24,000 nt of DNA from Candidatus Scatosoma sp. (GTDB taxonomy: Bacteria; Bacillota; Clostridia; Christensenellales; Borkfalkiaceae), in contig JAZRFV010000084.1 of assembly GCA_045643825.1 (NCBI GenBank), forward strand, positions 47,946 through 71,945. The letters are read 5' to 3'. A program made the position numbers and the translations under genes. The number at the start of each line of letters is the position of its first letter. The stretch's first letter is position 1. The notes under the pieces are model-generated. The model had not been told where the DNA came from. It saw only the letters and a list, made by a program, of their open reading frames with translations, and searched no databases. Shown piece after piece: positions 1 through 8,925 of this stretch.

Positions 1-2106
1 GCCCGTATCGCATATACCTCTATTCAAGGTGTAACGGACGAAAATATCCGTGAAATTCGTTTACTTGCGAACAATTTATACTACGACGCAAACTTGGAAG
101 AGGATATTCGCACGAAGATATTAAGCGATACTGAGGTGAGCGATTATGCCAGCGATAAGCTCTATACCGTTCGTCGTGAAATTCGTTTGTTGAACGAGCG
201 CATTCGTACCCGCTTATCGGAATATCTTGTGGGGAGCGAAGGGAAATATTTACAAGACGGCATTATTACAATGCGTGATAATCGTTACGTTTTGCCCGTT
301 CGTGCGGAGTATAAGCGCAATATCAAGGGCTTTATACACGATCGTTCGTCGAGTGGTGCAACCTTCTTTATCGAGCCTGAAGAAATTTTGGAAATGAATA
401 ACGAACTCCGTTCCTTACAGATTGATGAGAAGGAAGAGGTAGAGCGTATTTTAGGCGAACTTTCCCGCCGTGTTGGGTTTATGAGTGACGAGCTGACCTT
501 GGATATTGAGGTGTTGGAGGAGCTTGACAGCTACTATGCTCGTGCCGAGTATGCTTATAAATTATCCTGCGTTAAGCCTGAAATTAACGGAAAGGGTATG
601 ATTGATATTGACCAAGGCCGACACCCTTTGATTGACCGTAAAAAAGTCGTCCCCGTCAGCCTTGCGTTGGGTAAGGAGTATCGTTTCCTCTTGATAAGTG
701 GTCCAAATACGGGCGGTAAAACGGTTACCTTAAAGATGGTAGGGCTGTTTTGTTTGATGGCAATGTGCGGTTTATTTATCCCCGCAAAACGGGCCACCCT
801 TTCTACTTTTGAAGAGATTTATTGCGACGTTGGGGACGCGCAAAGCATTGAAGAAAGCTTGTCCACCTTCTCGTCGCATATTACCAATATTATTCATATT
901 GTGAACAGTGCAAATGCAAACAGCTTGGTGCTTATTGACGAGCTTGGCGGTGGTACAGATCCCGATGAGGGACAAGCACTCGCAAAAGCGATCGTTTCTC
1001 ACCTTTTAGACAGCGGTTGCGCAGGCGTTGTAACCACGCACTATACCTCCTTAAAGGAGTTTGCATTTGCGGCAAAGGGCATTGAAAATGCTTGTATGGA
1101 GTTTGACACAAACACCCTGCAGCCTTTGTACGTTATGCATATAGGGTTGCCTGGTTCGAGTAATGCTTTGGCAATTTCAAGGCGTTTGGGGTTAAAGGAG
1201 AGCATTTTACAAGATGCGCTTTCTAACCTTTCCGAGGATGCCCAAAAGTTTGAAAATATCGTACGAAATGCGGAAGAAAGCCGTATTCAAGCGGAAGAAG
1301 TACTTTATGAAACCAATCGTTTAAAGGCGGAGTGGCAAGAAAAGCTGGATCTTTTAGAGCAGGAGCGTGAAAAACTCAAAAAGGAAAAGGAAAAACTGTT
1401 TGTTTCGGCAAAAGCGGAATCCCGTCGTATCATAAACGACCGCGTTTCGGATGCGGAAGAGCTTTTGCATGAAATTGAAGAAATTTTTGCCAAGGAAAAC
1501 CTTTCGCAAAATGATTTAATCAAGGCAAGAACCCTTAAAAATAAACTTTCCGATAAAGCGTATGAGAGCGAGTTTGAGGAAGAAAATTTACCTCAATACG
1601 TACCTGTAAAACCCGATCAATTAAAGCTTGGTCAAAAGGTATACGTAAAAACGCTTGCGCAAGAAGGCGAGGTGCAAAATATCCGCTTAAATAAAGGCGA
1701 GGCGGAGGTGCTCTGCGGAAATCTTCGTATGCGTTGTAAAATTTCCGATTTATCGCTTGTAATTCATGAAACAAAAGCGCAAACTGTTTCTAAAAAGAAA
1801 TGGCAAGGTGGTAAGAATGACGAGCGGGTGCAGGTAAAGAAATCGTTAAATCCGAAACCCGCGCCTACTCTTGAAATCAATGTAATCGGTTTAACTGTAC
1901 ACGAAGCGTTGCCCGAGGTAGAGGCATTTATTGATTCGGCGGTGATTGCTAACCTTGAAGAAGTGCGTATCGTGCACGGTGTTGGTACGGGAAAACTCCG
2001 CGCTGGTATTCACGAATATTTGCGTACGCATAGAAACGTTGCAGAATATAGGCTTGGAAAATATGGCGAAGGGGAAACGGGTGTTACTATCGTAAAAATC
2101 CGTTGA
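1..2106 (+). CDS. mutS2: Endonuclease MutS2 (MutS domain V ATPase plus C-terminal Smr domain). It is 5' partial because frame 1 is open from base 1; the tracked TTG at 94 is probably internal.
   Basis: Walker A LISGPNTGGKTVTLK, Walker B LVLIDELGGGTDPDEG and TTHY are present. A coiled-coil Lys/Glu-rich middle region is followed by a C-terminal Smr motif (VRIVHGVGTGKLRAGIHEYL). No stop occurs in frame 1 between bases 1 and 93. Confidence 0.9.
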   Translation, partial: ARIAYTSIQGVTDENIREIRLLANNLYYDANLEEDIRTKILSDTEVSDYASDKLYTVRREIRLLNERIRTRLSEYLVGSEGKYLQDGIITMRDNRYVLPVRAEYKRNIKGFIHDRSSSGATFFIEPEEILEMNNELRSLQIDEKEEVERILGELSRRVGFMSDELTLDIEVLEELDSYYARAEYAYKLSCVKPEINGKGMIDIDQGRHPLIDRKKVVPVSLALGKEYRFLLISGPNTGGKTVTLKMVGLFCLMAMCGLFIPAKRATLSTFEEIYCDVGDAQSIEESLSTFSSHITNIIHIVNSANANSLVLIDELGGGTDPDEGQALAKAIVSHLLDSGCAGVVTTHYTSLKEFAFAAKGIENACMEFDTNTLQPLYVMHIGLPGSSNALAISRRLGLKESILQDALSNLSEDAQKFENIVRNAEESRIQAEEVLYETNRLKAEWQEKLDLLEQEREKLKKEKEKLFVSAKAESRRIINDRVSDAEELLHEIEEIFAKENLSQNDLIKARTLKNKLSDKAYESEFEEENLPQYVPVKPDQLKLGQKVYVKTLAQEGEVQNIRLNKGEAEVLCGNLRMRCKISDLSLVIHETKAQTVSKKKWQGGKNDERVQVKKSLNPKPAPTLEINVIGLTVHEALPEVEAFIDSAVIANLEEVRIVHGVGTGKLRAGIHEYLRTHRNVAEYRLGKYGEGETGVTIVKIR

Positions 2107-2127
2107 TTTTACACTCAAGGCATAACT

Positions 2128-2167
2128 TTATAAAAGAGAAAATATGATAGATAAAACTCTTTTATAA
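2128..2167 (+). repeat. Perfect 11-bp inverted repeat (TTATAAAAGAG ... CTCTTTTATAA) with an 18-nt spacer, lying between mutS2 and the deacetylase gene. It may be a weak AT-rich terminator or an operator.
   Basis: Read directly: 2128-2138 is the reverse complement of 2157-2167. There is no clean U-tract, so its function is uncertain. Confidence 0.35.
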
Positions 2168-2178
2168 GGATTAATGCG

Positions 2179-2910
2179 ATGAAAAATAGAAATTTAGGGC
2201 AGTCTATACGCTTAAAATTAGCAACGAATATCGTTTTAGGTGTGCTGATTTTGTCGATTGGGGCGTTATGCCTTTCGCCTATACAAGAAAGTGTTTCCAC
2301 AAAATCCGACAATGCAAATATTTATCGTTGCGTCGAAGAAGAACCGAAAGGTGTTTCCTTAATGTTCAACGTGTATTGGGGTACGGATGAGGTGTATCGC
2401 ATTTTAACGATTTTGTCGGAGTATGACGCACGTGCCACCTTTTTTATCGGTGGGTGTTGGGCGGATGATAACGTAGACTGCTTGAAGGCAATTTATGACG
2501 CAGGGCACGAAATTGGAAACCACGGTTATTTCCATAAAGACCATTCAAAATTTAATTTTGAGGAAAATCAAAAGGAAATTAATGCGTGCAATCAATTTAT
2601 CCAACGTGCAATAGGGGTAAAACCTGTTCTATTTGCACCGCCATCGGGTGCATATAATGACGATATGGTGGCGGCGGCTACTTCGCTTGGATTATCCACA
2701 GTGCTTTGGTCGAAGGATACCATTGATTGGCGGGATAAAAATACGGCGCTTATTTACAGTCGAGCAACGAACAACGTGAAGAGTGGAGATTTTATTTTAA
2801 TGCATCCCATGAAAGAAACGGCGGATGCCTTGCGTGATATTCTGAAATTTTATCAAAATCATGGTTTGAAATCGGTAACGGTTTCGCAAAATTTACAAAA
2901 AGAAGGTTAA
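2179..2910 (+). CDS. Polysaccharide deacetylase (NodB homology domain, PdaB-like) with an N-terminal membrane anchor.
   Basis: An N-terminal hydrophobic segment (ATNIVLGVLILSIGALCL) is present. NodB-like motifs are FNVYWGTDEV, ATFFIGG, HEIGNHGYFH, LFAPPSG and ILMH. The start ATG has an upstream AGGA. Confidence 0.8.
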   Translation: MKNRNLGQSIRLKLATNIVLGVLILSIGALCLSPIQESVSTKSDNANIYRCVEEEPKGVSLMFNVYWGTDEVYRILTILSEYDARATFFIGGCWADDNVDCLKAIYDAGHEIGNHGYFHKDHSKFNFEENQKEINACNQFIQRAIGVKPVLFAPPSGAYNDDMVAAATSLGLSTVLWSKDTIDWRDKNTALIYSRATNNVKSGDFILMHPMKETADALRDILKFYQNHGLKSVTVSQNLQKEG

Positions 2911-2912
2911 AA

Positions 2913-4151
2913 ATGATATACGAGAAAAAATATGAAAATGGCTTGCGTCTCGTGGTAAAAAAGATGGAAGGCTTGATGTCCGTATCTATGGGTATTTTGG
3001 TCGGTACGGGCGCATCGGTTGAAACGGATGCCGAGGACGGTATTTCGCATTTTATCGAGCATATGCAGTTTAAAGGTACAAAGAAGCGCAACGCGTTTGA
3101 AATTTCGGATGCGTTTGACCGCTTGGGTGCGCAGGTGAACGCTTTTACCGGTCAAGACCTTACCTGCTATTATTCGAAATGTACGGTTGATCATACGGCG
3201 GCTTGCTTTGAATTACTTGCGGATTTATTCTTAAATGCAACCTTCCCTGAAGATGAAATGGTGAGGGAAAAAGGGGTTGTATGCGAAGAAATCTCTATGA
3301 ATGAGGACTCCCCTGAAGATTTGTGCTTGGATTTGTTAGGTACTGCACATTACGGTAAGGAAAACTATGGCCGTAATATTCTCGGCCCTGCAAGCAACGT
3401 AAAAGGTTTTACCGTGGAGGATATCTACCGTTATAAAAAGGCGAGATATTGCCCTGAAAATATCGTAATTTCCTTTGCAGGGAATATTGATGCGCAAACG
3501 GCACAAGCGCTTGTGGAAAGCTATTTTGGAAAGCTTGATAAAGGTGTTTTTGAGGAAAGGAAACAGACAATTGTCAATTGCCACCAAACACTTGTAAAGA
3601 CGAAACCGATTGAGCAAATGCACGTTGCGATTGCATATCCGTCCGTTGCAAGAGGGGATAAAAACGAAAACCTCATAAATGCCGTAAACGCTATTTTAGG
3701 CGGTTCGATGAGTGCAAGATTATTCCAAGAGGTACGTGAAAAACGCGGGCTTGCTTATTCGGTATATTCTTACCTTTCGCTGTTCCGTGAATGCGGTGCT
3801 TTGAAAATTTACGCAGGCGTTAATCCTACTCACGTCTACGAGGCGTACGGCGCAATTTGTGACGTAATCGAAGGGATGAAGAAAAACGGTATTACGGAAG
3901 ACGAGTTTTTGCGTAGCCGTGAGCAGTTGAAATCGGGTATGTTTTTTAGCAATGAAAGTACCAATTCACAAATGCTCCTTTACGGAAAATATATGTTGCA
4001 CTTCAATAAGATTTTTGACTTTGAGGAAAAGCTGAAAGCATTAAACGGAATGCGTCACGAGGAAGCCCAGGCGGTGATTGTCGATATGTTTGATGAAAGC
4101 CGTAAGGCGATTGCGTTGGTTGGCAATACGGATACGCCGTTGGCATTTTAA
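2913..4151 (+). CDS. M16 family (insulinase/pitrilysin-like) zinc peptidase.
   Basis: The inverted zinc motif HxxEH is present in GISHFIEHMQFKGT. The 412-aa two-domain M16 layout is present, with LFQEVREKRGLAYSVYS typical of the M16 C-terminal half. The start lies 2 nt after the upstream stop. Confidence 0.85.
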   Translation: MIYEKKYENGLRLVVKKMEGLMSVSMGILVGTGASVETDAEDGISHFIEHMQFKGTKKRNAFEISDAFDRLGAQVNAFTGQDLTCYYSKCTVDHTAACFELLADLFLNATFPEDEMVREKGVVCEEISMNEDSPEDLCLDLLGTAHYGKENYGRNILGPASNVKGFTVEDIYRYKKARYCPENIVISFAGNIDAQTAQALVESYFGKLDKGVFEERKQTIVNCHQTLVKTKPIEQMHVAIAYPSVARGDKNENLINAVNAILGGSMSARLFQEVREKRGLAYSVYSYLSLFRECGALKIYAGVNPTHVYEAYGAICDVIEGMKKNGITEDEFLRSREQLKSGMFFSNESTNSQMLLYGKYMLHFNKIFDFEEKLKALNGMRHEEAQAVIVDMFDESRKAIALVGNTDTPLAF

Positions 4152-4167
4152 TGGTGAATATATATAG

Positions 4168-4839
4168 ATGATATATTCCGACTTTCTTGAGATACTAAAC
4201 GGCTATGCGGAAAAAGAGTTTGCTGATTTTCAGCGCCGTTTGATTTTTACAAAGTATAAAATTCTTGGGGTAAGAACTCCAATCCTGCATAGGTTGGCAA
4301 AGGAGTTTTTCTCGGATTTTGAAACAATTTTCGCTTATCCAAACGAATATTACGAGGTGGCTGCAATAAAACTGTTTCAAGCGGCTACATTGCCTTACGA
4401 GGACTTTCTTAAATATCTTTACGATTGCATTACATTGATGGATAATTGGGCTCTTTGTGACGGTTTCAAGGCAAAATGCATTAAAATGCATAAAGAGGAA
4501 TTTGTTTCCGTCTTACAAGATTTGTTTGCTCATGGCGGTGAGTATGAGGAACGGTATCCGTTGGTTGTACTTTTAACGGAATATGTAGAGGGGAAATATT
4601 TACCGATTATAGAAGAATTTCTTCGTAAGGCAGATACTTCTCGTTATTACGTACATATGGCAGCGGCGTGGCTCATTGCCGAAGTTCTCGTGAAAGAGTA
4701 CGACGAAGGGGTGACGTTGTTAAAACAAGGTGTTACGGATGCCAAAACACACAACAAAGCGATACAAAAGGCAATTGAAAGCCATCGCTTAACAAACGAA
4801 CAAAAGGAATTTTTACGTTCCTTAAAAATAAGAAAATAA
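4168..4839 (+). CDS. DNA alkylation repair protein-like HEAT-repeat protein (AlkD/AlkC family).
   Basis: It is a 223-aa all-helical protein. The N-terminal pattern (EFADFQRRLIFTKYKILGVRTPILHRLAKEF) and WALCDGF resemble the DNA alkylation repair enzyme family. The call is made from memory of family motifs only. Confidence 0.55.
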   Translation: MIYSDFLEILNGYAEKEFADFQRRLIFTKYKILGVRTPILHRLAKEFFSDFETIFAYPNEYYEVAAIKLFQAATLPYEDFLKYLYDCITLMDNWALCDGFKAKCIKMHKEEFVSVLQDLFAHGGEYEERYPLVVLLTEYVEGKYLPIIEEFLRKADTSRYYVHMAAAWLIAEVLVKEYDEGVTLLKQGVTDAKTHNKAIQKAIESHRLTNEQKEFLRSLKIRK

Positions 4840-4857
4840 TTTTTACAGGTAAACTTT

Positions 4858-7029
4858 ATGGATATTTTACAAACGATTACACAAGAATTCAATTTAAATC
4901 CCACGCACGTGAAAAATATCGTGTCCTTGATTGATGAAGGCAATACCATCCCTTTTATTGCCCGTTATCGTAAGGAAATGACGGGGAACTGCGACGATCA
5001 GCTTTTGAGAGAGCTTTTCGATCGTCTTACGTACCTCCGCAACCTTGAAAAGAGTAAGGAAGAGAAAATTAAGGCGATTACTGAACAGGGTAAAATGACG
5101 GAGGAAATCCGCGTTGCGATGGCAAACGCCGTTACTTTGACGGAGGTGGAGGATATTTACCGCCCTTACAAACAAAAACGTAAGACACGTGCTTCCGTGG
5201 CGATTGCAAAGGGGTTGCAACCCTTTGCGGATACGATTTTGGCGCAGGATAAAGCCCTTGACGTACGAGCAGAGGCTGAAAAATATATCACGGAAGAGGT
5301 AAAAACGGTTGCGGATGCAATCGATGGTGCGCGTGATATCATTGCTGAAATTATTTCCGATGATGCGGCGACTCGTAAAAAGTTGCGTAATTTCTTCTTT
5401 AAACACGGCGAAATGGTTTCCTCTTACGCAAAGGGCAAGGAAGAAGCGGATGAAACGAAAACGTATGGTATGTATGCAGATTACTGCGAACCTGTTTCCG
5501 AGGTGAAGAGCCATCGTATTCTTGCCTTAAATCGTGGTGAAAAGGAAGAATTCTTGAAGGTATCCATCGTTGTGGATGGTGATTTTGCAAAGCGTATTAC
5601 GGCGGCAAGCTTCTTAAAAGACGGTGGCGAATCCACGAAGATTGTAAAAGAAGCGGCGGAAGACGGTTATGATAGATTGATTGCGCCCTCCGTAGAAAGA
5701 GAGGTTCGTTCGCAACTTTTTGAAGATGCAAGCGAACAAGCGATTAAGATGTTCGAGCTTAATTTGAAACCCTTATTGATGCAACCGCCTGTGAAGGATA
5801 AAATCACGATGGGTTGGGACCCTGCGTATCGTACGGGGTGCAAAATTTGCGTGGTAGACGGTACGGGCAAGGTGCTTGATAAAACCGTTGTTTTCCCCAC
5901 CCCTCCTCAAAATAAGACGGAAGAAGCAAAGGTTGTCTTGAAAAAGTTGATTGCAAAATACGGCGTGCAGGTTATTTCTTGCGGTAACGGTACGGCAAGC
6001 AAGGAAAGCGAAATCTTTATCGCTGAACTCGTTAAGGAGATTAAGGCGGAAACGGGTAGAGAAGTCGGCTACGTTATCGTAAATGAAGCTGGCGCATCCG
6101 TATATTCGGCGAGTGCGCTGGCGAAGGAAGAATTCCCCGATTACGATGTAACGGCACGTAGTGCGGTATCTATCGCTCGTAGATTGCAAGATCCTTTGGC
6201 GGAACTTATCAAAATCGATCCGAAATCCATTGGCGTTGGTCAATACCAACACGATATGAATGAAAAGCGTTTGGACGGCGTTCTTGTAGGCGTTTTGGAA
6301 GATTGTGTAAACAGCGTTGGCGTGGATTTGAACACGGCGAGCGTGTCTCTTTTGAAATTTGTTGCTGGTTTAAACTCTGGCGTGGCGAAAAACATCGTTG
6401 CGTACCGTGAAGAAAATGGTAGATTTAAATCCCGTAAGCAGCTTTTGAAGGTGCCGAAGCTTGGTGAAAAGGCGTATACGCAATGTGCTGGCTTCTTGCG
6501 TATTGACTGTGGTGAAAATATTTTGGATAACACCGCTGTACACCCTGAATCCTATGCAAAAGCGGAAAAACTCCTTTCCTTGTTCTCTTACACCAAAGAG
6601 GATGTGAAAGCTCGTAAAATCGACGATTTACGCCAAAAAATTAAGGCTTATGGCGAAGAGAAAGCGGCAAAAGAAACCGAACTTGATAAAGCAACGATGA
6701 ACGATATTATCACCGAACTTATGAAGCCCGGTCGTGATATCCGTGATGCTTTGCCTGCTCCCATCCTTCGTAAAGATATTATGGGCATTGAAGATTTGAA
6801 GGTGGGCATGGAATTGACAGGTACGGTGCGTAACGTCGTTGACTTTGGCGCGTTTATCGATATCGGTGTGCATCAAGACGGTTTGGTGCATATTTCCGAA
6901 ATTACCGAACGTTATATTCGTCATCCTTCCGAGGTATTGAAGGTTGGTCAAATCGTGCAGGTTCGTGTAAAAGAAGTGGATGTTAAGAAAAACCGTATCG
7001 GGTTGACGATGAAAAATAAGACGAAATAA
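4858..7029 (+). CDS. tex: Tex-like transcription accessory protein (YqgF/RuvC-like, HhH and C-terminal S1 RNA-binding domains).
   Basis: The N-terminus (TIPFIARYRKEMTG) is Tex-like, and the central region (GWDPAYRTGCKICVVDGTGK) is a YqgF-like fold. The C-terminal S1 domain reads GTVRNVVDFGAFIDIGVHQDGLVHISE. The length is 723 aa. Confidence 0.9.
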   Translation: MDILQTITQEFNLNPTHVKNIVSLIDEGNTIPFIARYRKEMTGNCDDQLLRELFDRLTYLRNLEKSKEEKIKAITEQGKMTEEIRVAMANAVTLTEVEDIYRPYKQKRKTRASVAIAKGLQPFADTILAQDKALDVRAEAEKYITEEVKTVADAIDGARDIIAEIISDDAATRKKLRNFFFKHGEMVSSYAKGKEEADETKTYGMYADYCEPVSEVKSHRILALNRGEKEEFLKVSIVVDGDFAKRITAASFLKDGGESTKIVKEAAEDGYDRLIAPSVEREVRSQLFEDASEQAIKMFELNLKPLLMQPPVKDKITMGWDPAYRTGCKICVVDGTGKVLDKTVVFPTPPQNKTEEAKVVLKKLIAKYGVQVISCGNGTASKESEIFIAELVKEIKAETGREVGYVIVNEAGASVYSASALAKEEFPDYDVTARSAVSIARRLQDPLAELIKIDPKSIGVGQYQHDMNEKRLDGVLVGVLEDCVNSVGVDLNTASVSLLKFVAGLNSGVAKNIVAYREENGRFKSRKQLLKVPKLGEKAYTQCAGFLRIDCGENILDNTAVHPESYAKAEKLLSLFSYTKEDVKARKIDDLRQKIKAYGEEKAAKETELDKATMNDIITELMKPGRDIRDALPAPILRKDIMGIEDLKVGMELTGTVRNVVDFGAFIDIGVHQDGLVHISEITERYIRHPSEVLKVGQIVQVRVKEVDVKKNRIGLTMKNKTK

Positions 7030-7058
7030 GGCGTTTGCGGAAAAATACGGAAAAACAC

Positions 7059-7087
7059 TTGACAATATAATCTATTTATATTAAAAT
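7059..7087 (+). promoter_or_regulatory. Sigma-A-type promoter for acpP: TTGACA, 17-bp spacer, TAAAAT.
   Basis: The -35 TTGACA is at 7059-7064 and the -10 TAAAAT at 7082-7087, 45 nt upstream of the acpP ATG. The RBS GGAGGA is at about 7120. Confidence 0.5.
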
Positions 7088-7132
7088 ACTTATGTCAAAT
7101 ACATTGACGCTAACGACACGGAGGAAAAATTT

Positions 7133-7357
7133 ATGTTAGAAAAAATCCAGGCTATGCTTGCCGAAGCTCTTAATCTTCCCGTTGAGAAGGTTACCCCTGA
7201 TGCAAAGATCGTTGATGATCTTGGTGCTGATTCGTTGGACGTTGTTGAACTTTTGAGCCAACTTGAAGACGAATATGGTATCACCATTCCCGATGACGAG
7301 GTTGAAAATCTTGTTACGGTTGCTGACGTAGCGACGGCAGTAGAAAAGCTTCAATAA
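7133..7357 (+). CDS. acpP: Acyl carrier protein.
   Basis: It is a 74-aa acidic protein with the phosphopantetheine attachment motif LGADSLDVVEL. A strong RBS (ACGGAGGAAAAATTTATG) precedes it. Confidence 0.85.
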   Translation: MLEKIQAMLAEALNLPVEKVTPDAKIVDDLGADSLDVVELLSQLEDEYGITIPDDEVENLVTVADVATAVEKLQ

Positions 7358-7373
7358 TTTTTTTTAAGAGTAT

Positions 7374-7404
7374 AAAATGCCTTTGGGTTACCCGGAGGCA
7401 TTTT
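7374..7404 (+). terminator. Rho-independent terminator after acpP.
   Basis: The hairpin AAAATGCCTTTGGG-TTA-CCCGGAGGCATTTT has a long stem and a 3-nt loop, and ends in a T-run. It overlaps the first codons of the tracked ORF that starts at 7377. Confidence 0.7.
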
Positions 7405-7430
7405 ATTATAGATATACAAAAGAGGAAATT

Positions 7431-8843
7431 ATGAAAAATAAATTCGTCAAATATCTATTATTATTCATTCTTGTGCTTATCCCTTGTGTAATGCAATCCG
7501 CATGCAAAAAAGCAAAAGGGGGTGTAGAGGAGTTTATACCTATCTACAACGAGGCATCAAGTGGGAGCGAGTCGCTTTTGGAGGAAAGTTCCGAAAGTGA
7601 GGCTGTAGAAAGTTCTTCGCAAACCAACGAGGAGGAAAGCTCTTCTGCGAGTGAGCGTGTTGAGCCTGAAACCTCGTATGAGGAAGATGAGGTTGAGGAA
7701 GAACCTACGGGTTGTACAACGCATAGTATGGTAATATCTTCCGTGGACGCTGATTGTATCACAGACGGGTTCTACAAAAAATGGTGCGAAAACTGCGATT
7801 TTGTGGAAGAATTCTATACAATCAACGCCATTGGGCATATCGGCACGGAGGCTGCTGAGATTTCGCCTACTTGTCAGGAAGACGGGTATAGCTCCTACAT
7901 ATATTGTATAACATGCGAAGAGATATTGGAGGAGGGTGCTATTCTTCCGATGATAGATCACGACTATGTAACGGGTTTTGGTGCTTGTATTTGGTGTGAT
8001 GCGGTTCAATTAAGTTACGAGGTTGTGGAGGGCGAGCGTTGCTACGCCGTATGTGTAGGACCTGTTCCCCGAAATCCGAAACCGTTGGCTCGTTTTGTAC
8101 ATATTCCCGACACCGTTACTGTTATTGCCAAGGATTCTACGGGGCAGGACAAGTTGTACGAAAATATTCCCGTTGTAAAAATTGCAACCAATGCATTTGC
8201 CAAGGCGTACGATCTAAATAAGCTCATTATTGGTAAAAACGTTGAGGAAATCGGGGTAGGCGCATTTATCCATTGCTTTAATTTGCGTGAAGTATATGAT
8301 AAATCTCAATTAAAGATTGGGCTGCAAGGTAGGGAAGAAAATGGCTGCATTACTGATAACGTAAAGCAAGAGGATATCCATTATACGGATGATTTTGTTA
8401 GTAAAATCAGCGAAGATAAGGCGAGTGGGTGTTTCTTATATACGGACGAGGATATGGTAGAGCTTATCGGTATCCGTGATATTATGGAGGATGTCGTGAT
8501 TCCCGAGGGCGTTACACACATGTCGAATGCCATTTTTGTGATGGCGCACCGAATTACTACATTGACGATTGCCACAACGGTAAAATATATCGCTCCGCTT
8601 GCATTTGGCCTTCCTTGTGACCAGCATAGGGCGCCTAATCATACGAAAAAGGATTGCTCTTTCTTCTTGGAAAAGATTACGTTCCTTAATCCATACGGCT
8701 GGAGTGCATACGAGGAAATCGGCGGGGCACTGATTTATAACTTTACGGCAATGGAATTGAGTGATAATCCCGAAGGTACTTGCTTGAATTTAGCTTGGGA
8801 ATATATGCGTATGAACGCGCATTGGATTCGGACGGACAATTAA
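7431..8843 (+). CDS. Secreted or possibly lipid-anchored surface protein. It has an acidic Ser/Glu-rich linker, Cys-rich CxxC modules and a BspA-type leucine-rich-repeat region.
   Basis: The start is moved to ATG 7431 (RBS AGAGGA) because 7377-7430 covers the acpP terminator. The signal peptide is MKNKFVKYLLLFILVLIPCVMQSAC, and its lipobox is atypical. The linker begins SSGSESLLEESSESEAVESSSQTNEEESSSASE. The Cys modules are CITDGFYKKWCENCDF and TCQEDGYSSYIYCITCEE. LRR-like segments include IATNAFAKAYDLNKLIIGKNVEEIGVGAFIHCFNLREV. Confidence 0.7.
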   Translation: MKNKFVKYLLLFILVLIPCVMQSACKKAKGGVEEFIPIYNEASSGSESLLEESSESEAVESSSQTNEEESSSASERVEPETSYEEDEVEEEPTGCTTHSMVISSVDADCITDGFYKKWCENCDFVEEFYTINAIGHIGTEAAEISPTCQEDGYSSYIYCITCEEILEEGAILPMIDHDYVTGFGACIWCDAVQLSYEVVEGERCYAVCVGPVPRNPKPLARFVHIPDTVTVIAKDSTGQDKLYENIPVVKIATNAFAKAYDLNKLIIGKNVEEIGVGAFIHCFNLREVYDKSQLKIGLQGREENGCITDNVKQEDIHYTDDFVSKISEDKASGCFLYTDEDMVELIGIRDIMEDVVIPEGVTHMSNAIFVMAHRITTLTIATTVKYIAPLAFGLPCDQHRAPNHTKKDCSFFLEKITFLNPYGWSAYEEIGGALIYNFTAMELSDNPEGTCLNLAWEYMRMNAHWIRTDN

Positions 8844-8864
8844 GCTCTAAACCATTGAAAATGA

Positions 8865-8893
8865 TTGCTTTATTTAAAAAGTTATGCTATAAT
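8865..8893 (+). promoter_or_regulatory. Sigma-A-type promoter with an extended -10 for the ABC-F gene: TTGCTT, 17-bp spacer, TGcTATAAT.
   Basis: TTGCTT is at 8865-8870, TGC at 8885-8887 and TATAAT at 8888-8893. The RBS AGAGGTG is at about 8913. Confidence 0.45.
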
Positions 8894-8925
8894 ACTGTGG
8901 TTAATAATAAAGACAGAGGTGTTAA

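Noticed and set aside
2913-2925. Three genes (2913, 4168, 16295) start with ATGATATA.. (Met-Ile-Tyr). Two of them share the 11 nt ATGATATACGA.
   Set aside because: The shared stretch is short and AT-rich, and it has no extended similarity upstream or downstream. It is most simply coincidence, or a mild preference for A/T-rich codons after the start.
7377-7430. The longer tracked start (MPLGYPEAFYYRYTKEEI...) for the surface-protein ORF.
   Set aside because: These codons coincide with the acpP terminator hairpin (7374-7404). ATG 7431 has an AGAGGA RBS and begins a textbook signal peptide.
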